A stretch of DNA of 64,000 nucleotides. It comes from an uncultured Gammaproteobacteria bacterium. Lineage in GTDB: Bacteria; Patescibacteriota; Patescibacteriia; UBA1558; GWA2-36-10. The translations under genes were made by a program, and so were the position numbers. The notes beneath the pieces are model-generated. The model saw only the letters and a list, made by a program, of their open reading frames with translations, was not told where the DNA came from and searched no databases. Within the stretch, counting starts at the first letter, position 1, and every line of letters begins with the position of its first letter. This document shows positions 9,294 through 16,979 of the stretch, piece after piece. The DNA lies in the NCBI GenBank assembly GCA_964638415.1, contig CAZWYP010000001.1, positions 148,650 through 212,649 on the forward strand. The letters are read 5' to 3'.

Positions 9294-9815
9294 CTATTCT
9301 TTATCTTTTTTATTTAGCTTGTCTTGTTTAGCTAATGCGAAAAATATTTTTATAAATACCGGTATAGTAACTAGTGTTTTAAGAATATTTTTTCGCTTTT
9401 TTATTTTATTTCTTTTTCCATCCAAGACTTCTTTTATTCTATCATATTGTTTTTCTAATCCTTTATGAACCCATAATCCATCGGTGGCTAATCCACCACC
9501 CATACCGCCAGCAATACCTTGTCCAGGTTCCATTTCTTCAAAAAATATTCTTGCCCCGTCAGGATCTTCATAGTCTATATCTTTAAGAAGATTTTCCAAA
9601 GCTTTATAATCACATTTTATTTGCTGCACAGGTGCTGAAAGATAAATCTGGCCACCATAATCACCCTGCATAATCATATATGCATTAGAATGTTTTTTAG
9701 CTTCCTCGAAGTTTTTAAAAGCTTTGTATTTAATACCTTGGCTTTCAGACATTAATTTTCTGACACCACTTTCATGTTCTGGTATTATTATTTCTTTGAT
9801 TTCTTGTTCTTTCAT
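9294..9815 (-). CDS. Hypothetical protein with a Gly-rich loop (GIAGGMGGGL) and a C-terminal TM helix; its start and stop codons abut an 11-bp perfect inverted repeat
   Basis: ORF track; TM segment ILKTLVTIPVFIKIFFALA. Confidence 0.5.
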   Translation of the reverse strand: MKEQEIKEIIIPEHESGVRKLMSESQGIKYKAFKNFEEAKKHSNAYMIMQGDYGGQIYLSAPVQQIKCDYKALENLLKDIDYEDPDGARIFFEEMEPGQGIAGGMGGGLATDGLWVHKGLEKQYDRIKEVLDGKRNKIKKRKNILKTLVTIPVFIKIFFALAKQDKLNKKDKE

Positions 9816-9862
9816 ATTTTTAGTCCGCGAACCGCATACGCGGTGTTAGGCGCTGTTATTTT

Positions 9863-10327
9863 TTATTCCCACTCCTTTTGCATTTTTTCCATTAATTCAT
9901 TTTCTGTAAATTTGAATGGTGTAAAACAGAGCTGAAGTGTCCGACCCTCTTTGGCAATTTTTTTTATTTCAGAATAACTTTTTTCTTTTTTGAGTAATTG
10001 GTGAATAATTTTATTTCTATTATTGTTAAATTTTTTAATTGCTTCATATCCATCCTTATTAATGCAGGATAATAGAAAGGCAATTTCAATATAATCATTA
10101 AAATATTTTATAAAATTGCCTTGATTATTTTGAAGAATTTTGATTTTTTCTATAAAATCATCTGAGGATTTTTCTTGGCTAATTAATTTGTTGGCTATTA
10201 AGCTTTTTATATGTAGCTCTAGGTAATTATGTACAAGCGAAATCACCTCAATATAGCATTTTTGTTTAACAGCTCTAGAAATTACTTCGTCAAAATTCTT
10301 CTCGTCTATTTGAAAGTCATTTTCCAT
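9863..10327 (-). CDS. Hypothetical all-alpha cytoplasmic protein with an Rx4H motif (RNKIIH), HEPN-like
   Basis: ORF track; motif lies in the C-terminal third, as in HepT/HEPN RNases; bracketed by GTTAGGCGC/GCGCCTAAC. Confidence 0.45.
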   Translation of the reverse strand: MENDFQIDEKNFDEVISRAVKQKCYIEVISLVHNYLELHIKSLIANKLISQEKSSDDFIEKIKILQNNQGNFIKYFNDYIEIAFLLSCINKDGYEAIKKFNNNRNKIIHQLLKKEKSYSEIKKIAKEGRTLQLCFTPFKFTENELMEKMQKEWE

Positions 10328-10391
10328 AATTGTTATTTAAATTTGAAATAATGGCGCCTAACCACTGTGTTGACGAACCTATTGACATCAT

Positions 10392-10405
10392 AGCCAATAT
10401 TGGCT
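10392..10405. promoter_or_regulatory. Perfect 14-bp palindrome AGCCAATATTGGCT in the divergent region between the small genes and the recombinase; overlaps a TTGACA -35 box (10382-10387)
   Basis: Read directly from the sequence. Confidence 0.5.
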
Positions 10406-10440
10406 AAAAAGTAAATAATAATCATTAATCACAATTAGTT

Positions 10441-11307
10441 ATGAAGAAAAGCGATAACACAGGCGGAAAGCCTGTAGATTTGGCTAATATCAGCAATCAG
10501 CATCCCTTGCGTTCTTTAGCTCAAGAATTAGTAATTAGGGGATTTTCTCGGCGGACAATTAAGGGTTATTTGGCATATAATCAGTCTTTCCTTAATTTTA
10601 TTGGTAAGTCAGCTAAGGAAGTTAATCAGCAGGATCTTAAGGATTATTTGTTATATCTAAAGGGTAGAAAATATAGTAATACTTCCTTGAATAATGTTAT
10701 TTCAGCCTTGAAGTTTTATTACCAGCAGATTCTTAAGAGGAAGCTGTTTTTTAATATACAGCGTCCTAGGCGGGAAAAATTTTTGCCGGTAGTTTTATCT
10801 AAAGAAGAGATTTATGCTTTACTGGCTGCTATAGTTAACTCTAAGCATAAGCTAATAATTTCTTTGGCTTACAGCGCTGGTTTGCGGGTTAGTGAAGTTG
10901 TTAATTTAAAAATTAAAGATATTGATTTTCCTAGTAGCAGTATTACTGTGCGTGGAGGCAAGGGGAATAAAGATAGGGTTACTGTCTTTTCTGAAAAGTT
11001 AAAAACGGAATTGCTAAATTTAATTTCTAACAGAGATAAAAATGATTTTGTGTTTATTAGCCAGTCAGGGGAAAAATTGACCATTCGCACTCTGCAGAAG
11101 ATTTTTGCCAGTGCGCTTATTCGTTCTGGCATTGCTAAAGCTGCGACTTTTCATTCTTTGCGCCATAGCTTTGCTACGCATTTGCTGGAAAATGGTACGA
11201 ACATCAGATACATTCAGGAGTTATTGGGTCATCAGAATATTAAAACCACCCAAGTGTATACTCAGGTGGCTAGTTGGAGGTTGAAGAATATTATTAGTCC
11301 TTTATAA
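10441..11307 (+). CDS. Tyrosine site-specific recombinase (Xer/phage-integrase family)
   Basis: SAM-like N-terminal domain; catalytic ...AGLRVSE... (Arg), HSLRHSFATHLL (His-x-x-Arg), LLGHQNIKTTQVYTQV (Tyr); 288 aa with no IntI-specific insertion. Confidence 0.85.
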   Translation: MKKSDNTGGKPVDLANISNQHPLRSLAQELVIRGFSRRTIKGYLAYNQSFLNFIGKSAKEVNQQDLKDYLLYLKGRKYSNTSLNNVISALKFYYQQILKRKLFFNIQRPRREKFLPVVLSKEEIYALLAAIVNSKHKLIISLAYSAGLRVSEVVNLKIKDIDFPSSSITVRGGKGNKDRVTVFSEKLKTELLNLISNRDKNDFVFISQSGEKLTIRTLQKIFASALIRSGIAKAATFHSLRHSFATHLLENGTNIRYIQELLGHQNIKTTQVYTQVASWRLKNIISPL

Positions 11308-11310
11308 AGC

Positions 11311-12372
11311 TTAATTAAACAAGAAATAAACCGTATCACCGTCTTGCATGACATATTCTTTGCCTTCAGTACGGATTAAGCCTAGCTCTTTTCCTTTAGA
11401 CCAGGATCCAGCTTGTAATAATTTTTCCCAATTTACTATTTCTACTCTAATAAACCCTTGTTCAAAATCCGTATGAATTACTCCCGCTGCTTGTGGAGCT
11501 TTGGTGCCGGCAGTAATAGTCCAGGCTTTAGTTTCTTCCTGACCGGTAGTAAGGTAAGTAATTAGATTAAGTAATTTATAACTGGTAGTGATTAAATTAT
11601 CCAAGCCGCTTTGGGGAATACCCAAGTCAATTAATAATTGTTTGGCTTCTTCATCTGACATATCCGCTAATTCAGATTCCAGCTTAGCACAGATGGCTAG
11701 GGAATTTTCTGGCAGATTAAGATCTTTGCCTAAATCATTTTCAGAAATATTGTAAAGGTAAATTATTGGTTTAATGGTTAGTAGATTTACCATCTTCAGG
11801 ATCTTCTTTTCTTCCGGTTGCCAATTAATGCTATTTAGCAATTGGTTGCTTTCTAAGATCTGCTTGGCTTTGATAATTAAATCCCTTTCTATTTCCGTAT
11901 TTTTGTCATGCGGGCCTTTAAGCTTGCTGTTTACCTTCTCCAAGTATTTATTGACTGTATCCAGATCGGCTAAGATTAATTCCAGGTTAATGACTGCTTT
12001 GTCATTTTCCGGATCAATAGTACCATGGACATGAATAACATCAGGATTCTGGAAATAGCGCACTACTTGGATAATAGCGTCCACTTCCCTAATATGCGAC
12101 AGGAATTTATTGCCCAAACCTTCTCCTTCGGAAGCACCTTTGACTAAGCCGGCAATATCTACGAATTCAATGGTAGTAGGGATTATTTTTTTGGACTGAG
12201 ACATCGCTCCCAGCTTTACTAATCTTTCATCAGGGACGGCCACCACGCCGACATTGGGATCAATGGTGCAGAAAGGATAATTAGAAGCATCCACTTTGTT
12301 TTTAGTCAAAGCTTGGAATAGTGTTGATTTGCCGACATTAGGCAGGCCGACGATGCCGAGAGAAAATGACAT
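11311..12372 (-). CDS. ychF: Ribosome-binding ATPase YchF (Obg-family GTPase)
   Basis: G1 motif [15 protein letters not shown]-like C-terminus; 353 aa. Confidence 0.9.
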   Translation of the reverse strand: MSFSLGIVGLPNVGKSTLFQALTKNKVDASNYPFCTIDPNVGVVAVPDERLVKLGAMSQSKKIIPTTIEFVDIAGLVKGASEGEGLGNKFLSHIREVDAIIQVVRYFQNPDVIHVHGTIDPENDKAVINLELILADLDTVNKYLEKVNSKLKGPHDKNTEIERDLIIKAKQILESNQLLNSINWQPEEKKILKMVNLLTIKPIIYLYNISENDLGKDLNLPENSLAICAKLESELADMSDEEAKQLLIDLGIPQSGLDNLITTSYKLLNLITYLTTGQEETKAWTITAGTKAPQAAGVIHTDFEQGFIRVEIVNWEKLLQAGSWSKGKELGLIRTEGKEYVMQDGDTVYFLFN

Positions 12373-12499
12373 AATTTAGCTATTTAACAGACAGATTAAA
12401 TCATAATTAAAGCAAAATAGCAAGATAATTGACATGGTTAGTTATTTTCAGTAAGGTAGATGAAAATGAGTTCGTTTCACAATTTTCAAGAGGTGCATA

Positions 12500-13246
12500 A
12501 TGGAGCTGGGTCTTCAAGGCAGAGTAGCCATTGTTACTGGCGGCAATAAAGGGATAGGCAGGGAAATCTCCAGGGCTTTTGCCCAGGAAGGCTGCAACGT
12601 TGCGATTTTTTCCCGCCACGCCAATCAGGATTTTTCTCGGGAGATTCTTCAGTTGGGAGTTGATGTTTTGGATTTGGAGGTTGATATTTCCGATGAATTT
12701 TTAGTGAGAGAAGCAGTACAGAAAGTTGTTGGCAGATTCACGCGCATTGACGCTCTGGTCAACAACGCCGGCATGACTGATGACGGTTTATTCGTCAAAG
12801 AAACGTTGGCGGATTGGGATCGCGTGCTGACAGTTAATTTAACCGGTTCGCGCAACTGCATTCAGGCGGTTCTGCCGATAATGATGAAGCAGCGGTCTGG
12901 CGCCATTGTCAACATTGGTTCAGTAGTGGGCTTAACCGGTAATGCTGGTCAAGTCAGTTATGTGGCTAGCAAAGCTGGCTTATTAGGTCTGACTTTAGGA
13001 GTTGCTCAGGAATATGGTCCGAAAGGAATTTGTTGCAACATTATTTGTCCCGGCTTCATTGAAACTGACATGACTCAAAATTTGAAGTCGGAACAGAAAT
13101 CCGCAATGATCGCGAATACTCCTTTGGGACGCGCTGGCCGTTCGGCGGACATTGCTCCTACTGTCATTTTTTTGGCTTCCCATAAAGCCAGTTTTCAGAC
13201 CGGCACGGTGGTTACCATTGACGGCGGCCTAACCATGCACTTGTAG
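12500..13246 (+). CDS. fabG: Short-chain dehydrogenase/reductase, 3-oxoacyl-ACP reductase-like
   Basis: TGGNKGIG Rossmann motif, NNAG, catalytic S...YxxxK (YVASK). Confidence 0.75.
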   Translation: MELGLQGRVAIVTGGNKGIGREISRAFAQEGCNVAIFSRHANQDFSREILQLGVDVLDLEVDISDEFLVREAVQKVVGRFTRIDALVNNAGMTDDGLFVKETLADWDRVLTVNLTGSRNCIQAVLPIMMKQRSGAIVNIGSVVGLTGNAGQVSYVASKAGLLGLTLGVAQEYGPKGICCNIICPGFIETDMTQNLKSEQKSAMIANTPLGRAGRSADIAPTVIFLASHKASFQTGTVVTIDGGLTMHL

Positions 13247-13344
13247 ATTGTCAGGGCTGTTTTCTGTAAAAGGAAAGCGGCCCTTTTTGTTTAGTTTGAC
13301 AATTTCTACTTTAGTTATATATTTAAAGTATAAGGTATAATATT

Positions 13345-13599
13345 ATGCCGGAAAAATTAATAGGAAAAGTAGTCCATTATTTTGATAAAATCCAGGTAGC
13401 GGTTGTGAAGGTGGATCGGAATAGCCTGAAAGTAGGCGATACTGTCCATTTTGTGCATGGCGAACGGGACTTTACTCAGACAGTGGATTCGCTGCAAGTA
13501 GACCATACCCAGATTGAGAATATCACCGCTGGGCAGGAAGCGGGCTTAAAGGTTATCCAGCCAGTTAGGCCCGGAGATAAGGTTTATTTGGTCAGCTAA
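13345..13599 (+). CDS. Small hypothetical protein (84 aa, beta-rich)
   Basis: ORF with a TATAAT box immediately upstream; no recognisable motif. Confidence 0.4.
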   Translation: MPEKLIGKVVHYFDKIQVAVVKVDRNSLKVGDTVHFVHGERDFTQTVDSLQVDHTQIENITAGQEAGLKVIQPVRPGDKVYLVS

Positions 13600-13661
13600 A
13601 GATTAAATAAATAGATAAAATAAAGTTTAACAAGTCGGAAATGGCTAGTTAAACTTTTTTG

Positions 13662-13690
13662 TTGCTTTTTCTGACATCAGAGATTATAAT
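13662..13690 (+). promoter_or_regulatory. Sigma70-like promoter: TTGCTT, 17-nt spacer, TATAAT, upstream of uvrD
   Basis: Motif and spacing read from the sequence. Confidence 0.45.
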
Positions 13691-13701
13691 ACCAGCAAGT
13701 T

Positions 13702-15744
13702 TTGCTTATGCGCCAGATAGATTTTGCCAAGGAATTAAATGAAGAGCAATTAAAAGTGGTGACTGCTTCGGCAGGGCCACATTTAGTTTTAGCCGGAGCC
13801 GGCTCGGGCAAGACCAGAACCTTGGTTTACCGAGTAGCTTGGCTAATTAAGCAGTCAGTTAAGCCGGATAAAATTCTTTTGCTGACTTTTACCAATAAGG
13901 CGGCCAATGAGATGATGAGCAGAGTAAAAAGCCTATTGGGATTATCTCTTAATGACAGTTTGGCTGTCTGGGGAGGTACTTTTCATTCCATTGCCAATCG
14001 TTTGTTGCGGTATTATGGCGAAGCGATTAGCTTAAAGAATAATTTTATCATCGCGGATGAAGAGGACAGTAAGTCTTTGTTAAAAAAAGTAATTCAAGAG
14101 ATTTTTGGCAGTCTAGACAGCAAGCGCCACCCTTCAACTAATATTGTCAAAGAAGTAATCAGCTATGCGGCCAATGCTAGGATTAAATTAGCTGACAGCT
14201 TGGAAAAGAAATTTCCGGAGTGGTTACCTTTAGTTGGTTACTTTGAACAGATTGGGCAGGAATACAAGAAAAGAAAGCAAGCTAATAATATTTTGGATTT
14301 TGATGATCTGTTAATCTATTGGCTGCAACTGGTCAAGCACCCGGTAGTAGGAGAAAAGCTGAAGAATAAATGGCAGCATATTCTAGTTGACGAATACCAG
14401 GATACTAATAGTCTGCAGGCGGAAATAATCTACCATTTGGTCAATAAGGAGCAGAATCTTTTGGTGGTGGGTGATGATGCGCAGAGCATTTATTCCTTCC
14501 GGGCAGCGGATATCCAGAACATTCTAGATTTTCCTAAAAAGTTCAAGCAAGCCAGCATCCATAAATTGGAGACTAATTACCGCTCCAGTCCCGAGATTTT
14601 AGCTTTGGCTAATTTAATCATTGCCGCTAATGCCGAACAATTTCCCAAGAGCCTCAAAGCTGTAAATTCCAGTTTAGTTAAACCAGAGCTTTTGGCATTA
14701 CAGACTAATTTGCATGAAGCGAAGTGGATTGTTGATCGCATTATTGCTTTGATGAATGAAGGCGTGCCGGCCGAGGAAATTGCCGTATTGTTTCGAGCGG
14801 CTCACCATAGCCAAATGCTGGAAATGGAATTAAATAAGCGGGGGATTAATTACCAGATGCGGGGCGGTTTGCGCTTTTTTGAGCGGGCGCATATTAAGGA
14901 TGTAATTGCCTGGCTGAAGATTTTAGTTAATCATCAAGAGGAAATTTCCTGGTCTAGGATTTTAAATCTTTACCAGGGCATTGGACCAGCTACCGCCACT
15001 AAGATTATTTTATCGTTGAGGAATTTAAAAAGATTGTCGGACTTGCCAAAGTTATCTATTGAGTTAAGCGCTAAAGCCAGAAGTAGCTGGCAAAAGATTT
15101 TAAACACCATTGCCAATTTAGCCAGTCAGTCAGAGGGTAATCCGGCAGAGATTATTCGCCTGGCTAGCCGGGAATATGACGAATACTTGCTGGAGCAATA
15201 TCCAGATTACCGCCAGCGCCAGGATGATTTGGAGCAGTTAGCAGCGTTTGCTGCTAATTACTCTAAGCTGGAAGATTTTTTGGCAGAAGTAAGCTTGCAG
15301 GAGAATTTTAATTTGCAGAATAAGGATAATTCTGCCGCTATTGTGTTGAGTACCATCCATCAGGCGAAGGGCTTGGAATGGCAGGCGGTATTTTTGATGA
15401 ATTTAACCAGCCAGTCTCTGCCTCATCCGCTGTCGGTGTCAGAGAATAATATCGCGGAAGAGCGCCGCTTGTTTTACGTGGCAGTCACCCGCGCTAAGCG
15501 CCAGCTGTATTTAACTTACCCCTTAAGCAGCTTTAATTACCGCGGTTACCAGAGCCTGCAGCCTTCAGAATTTATTACCGAGCTTAATATCGGATTATTG
15601 TCGCTTAATCCTTTAGCGCAAGGAACAGTAGATAGTTTTTCTGCTGACCAGCAGTATGAGCAGGATGACAGCGCTGGAGATTTTTGGGACGAGGATAATG
15701 ATACCAAGGCTAAGAGTTTTCTGCCCGACATTGATGAGTGGTAG
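13702..15744 (+). CDS. uvrD: ATP-dependent DNA helicase UvrD/PcrA family (true start probably ATG 13708)
   Basis: Motif I AGAGSGKT, motif II VDEYQDTN, Q-motif, C-terminal 2B/2A motifs; 680 aa. Confidence 0.88.
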   Translation: MLMRQIDFAKELNEEQLKVVTASAGPHLVLAGAGSGKTRTLVYRVAWLIKQSVKPDKILLLTFTNKAANEMMSRVKSLLGLSLNDSLAVWGGTFHSIANRLLRYYGEAISLKNNFIIADEEDSKSLLKKVIQEIFGSLDSKRHPSTNIVKEVISYAANARIKLADSLEKKFPEWLPLVGYFEQIGQEYKKRKQANNILDFDDLLIYWLQLVKHPVVGEKLKNKWQHILVDEYQDTNSLQAEIIYHLVNKEQNLLVVGDDAQSIYSFRAADIQNILDFPKKFKQASIHKLETNYRSSPEILALANLIIAANAEQFPKSLKAVNSSLVKPELLALQTNLHEAKWIVDRIIALMNEGVPAEEIAVLFRAAHHSQMLEMELNKRGINYQMRGGLRFFERAHIKDVIAWLKILVNHQEEISWSRILNLYQGIGPATATKIILSLRNLKRLSDLPKLSIELSAKARSSWQKILNTIANLASQSEGNPAEIIRLASREYDEYLLEQYPDYRQRQDDLEQLAAFAANYSKLEDFLAEVSLQENFNLQNKDNSAAIVLSTIHQAKGLEWQAVFLMNLTSQSLPHPLSVSENNIAEERRLFYVAVTRAKRQLYLTYPLSSFNYRGYQSLQPSEFITELNIGLLSLNPLAQGTVDSFSADQQYEQDDSAGDFWDEDNDTKAKSFLPDIDEW

Positions 15745-15748
15745 ATTG

Positions 15749-15757
15749 TGGTATAAT
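15749..15757 (+). promoter_or_regulatory. Extended -10 promoter TGGTATAAT for the exonuclease-WYL gene
   Basis: TGnTATAAT motif 20 nt upstream of ATG 15777. Confidence 0.5.
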
Positions 15758-15776
15758 ATATAAACGAATAATTTTT

Positions 15777-16562
15777 ATGGATAAGGATACCATAGTTCTA
15801 GATTTAGAAACCCAGAAGACTTTTGATGAAGTCGGCGGGCACCACAACTCCCATTTGTTGGGAGTGTCTTTAGTCGGAGTCTATTCTTACCAGCGGGATA
15901 AATACCGCGGCTTTAAGGAAGAAGAATTTCCAGAGTTATTGGAACTGCTAAAAAACACCGGATTAGTCATTGGCTTTAATAGCAAGTCTTTTGACTTCAC
16001 CGTTCTGCAGCCATACTTCAAGGATTTTGATTTAAGAACTATTCCCCATCTGGATATTCTGGAAGAAATAGTTTTTGCCTTGGGCCATCGCTTGAAATTG
16101 GAATCAGTAGCCCAGAGCACTTTAGGCTATGGCAAGTCTGGCTCTGGTTTGGATGCTATTATGTATTACCGTAATAAAGATTGGGATAACTTAATTAGAT
16201 ATTGCTTGGATGACGTTAAAGTTACTAAGGAAGTTTATGACTATGGCTTGCAGCACGGGCATATTTGGTATACTACCGGGGGCAACAAGGAAAAAATAAT
16301 TGCTAGGTGGTATAAGGTGGACCGGCCAACGGTCGGTAAAATTATTACTGATGCTTTGGCTTCTGGTCAGCAATTGGAAATAGATTATATGGATGATCAA
16401 GGGCAGGTGTCTAAGCGGAAAATAGACATTCAGGCGGTTAAGGGTAATAAGGTTAAGGCTTTCTGCCATTTGCGTGACGCTATCCGTATCTTTGATTTAG
16501 ACAGGATAAAATCTGCTAAAGTAGTTGGTCAAATGACCAGTTTCCAGAAAAGTTTACTATAA
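15777..16562 (+). CDS. DnaQ-like 3'-5' exonuclease fused to a C-terminal WYL domain
   Basis: Exo I VLDLETQ, Exo II GFNSKSFDF, Exo III YCLDDVKVTKEVY; C-terminus LEIDYMDDQGQVSKRKIDIQAV...RIFDLDRIKSAKV matches the WYL consensus. Confidence 0.7.
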   Translation: MDKDTIVLDLETQKTFDEVGGHHNSHLLGVSLVGVYSYQRDKYRGFKEEEFPELLELLKNTGLVIGFNSKSFDFTVLQPYFKDFDLRTIPHLDILEEIVFALGHRLKLESVAQSTLGYGKSGSGLDAIMYYRNKDWDNLIRYCLDDVKVTKEVYDYGLQHGHIWYTTGGNKEKIIARWYKVDRPTVGKIITDALASGQQLEIDYMDDQGQVSKRKIDIQAVKGNKVKAFCHLRDAIRIFDLDRIKSAKVVGQMTSFQKSLL

Positions 16563-16784
16563 AAAAGAGGCCTAGTTGATTAGACTAGGCCTCGAACGAG
16601 TCCCTGCCCGTCAGCTCAAGGAGAATTGAGTCGAGCAAAGACTATCATGAGTGGCCGCACCACCCAGGCATTTTCCCTTAGACAGGGAGAAAAAGGTGGT
16701 GTGCCGTTGAGGGCAAGTCCGGCACACCGGGCGCATGATTTACTCCTGGGGAGAAAAGGTAAACATACGCCATTGTACTAAATC
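16561..16784 (-). ncRNA. Candidate sRNA, ~220 nt, GC-rich and structured; identity unknown (6S-like size)
   Basis: Minus-strand promoter (TTGACA at 16814-16819, 17-nt spacer, TATATT at 16791-16796) and minus-strand intrinsic terminator (9-bp stem 16567-16593 plus a U6 run); no ORF of 60 aa or more on either strand; GC far above flanking sequence. Confidence 0.4.
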
Positions 16785-16825
16785 TTACCAAATATAATAT
16801 ATTTTTTGCTTTATGTCAATAGTAA

Positions 16826-16858
16826 AAGCCCAAGTTGGTTAACCTGGGCTTTTTTTGA
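16826..16858. terminator. Bidirectional intrinsic terminator AGCCCAAGTTGGTTAACCTGGGCT with TTTTTTT; ends folD operon transcripts (minus) and plus-strand read-through from the exonuclease-WYL gene
   Basis: Stem-loop flanked by an A-tract and a T-tract. Confidence 0.7.
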
Positions 16859-16979
16859 GGTCTGACTTTGTATCCCCATGAGGAGGATTGAAAAAAGTGG
16901 TGGCAAAGTTTGCGATCTCGGCGATGGTCCAGCGGGAGCTGGGAGAGTAGAATATTCAGAGAGCTAATTATTAATTTGA

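Larger units (their letters stand above)
9195..10375. repeat. Nested inverted-repeat set bracketing two small genes (details in findings)
   Basis: Reverse complements read directly: GGCTAAC (9195-9201); GCGTATGCG (9208-9216) / CGCATACGC (9833-9841); GCGGACTAAAA (9283-9293) / TTTTAGTCCGC (9818-9828); GTTAGGCGC (9845-9853) / GCGCCTAAC (10354-10362). Confidence 0.8.

Noticed and set aside
9180-11310. Classical integron (IntI plus attI plus attC cassettes)
   Set aside because: The recombinase is Xer/phage-type length (288 aa) without the IntI-specific insertion between the KDR and HxLRH regions. Inter-ORF spacers (47 bp and ~110 bp) and repeat arrangement do not match canonical attC (RYYYAAC...GTTRRRY directly after each ORF). 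Core-like heptamers are present, so it is described as integron-like and non-classical.
16700-16735. Plus-strand stretch GAGGGCAAGUCCGG resembling the RNase P RNA CR-I (AGGAAAGUCCGG), and a CR-II-like UGAAAAAAGUGGUGGCAAAG further on
   Set aside because: Only ~260 nt are available between this motif and the folD stop codon, and an AT-rich terminator-containing segment interrupts it. There is no recognisable P4 3' strand (ACAGAANCCGGCUUA). The region is too short and discontinuous for a bacterial RNase P RNA, so it is reported only as an unclassified sRNA candidate.
16860-16975. Tiny SD-preceded peptide (GAGGAGG ... GTG, 18 aa) or riboswitch downstream of folD
   Set aside because: The spacer to the start is long. 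No downstream gene on either strand could be regulated from here. It is more simply a structured 3' UTR of the folD operon.
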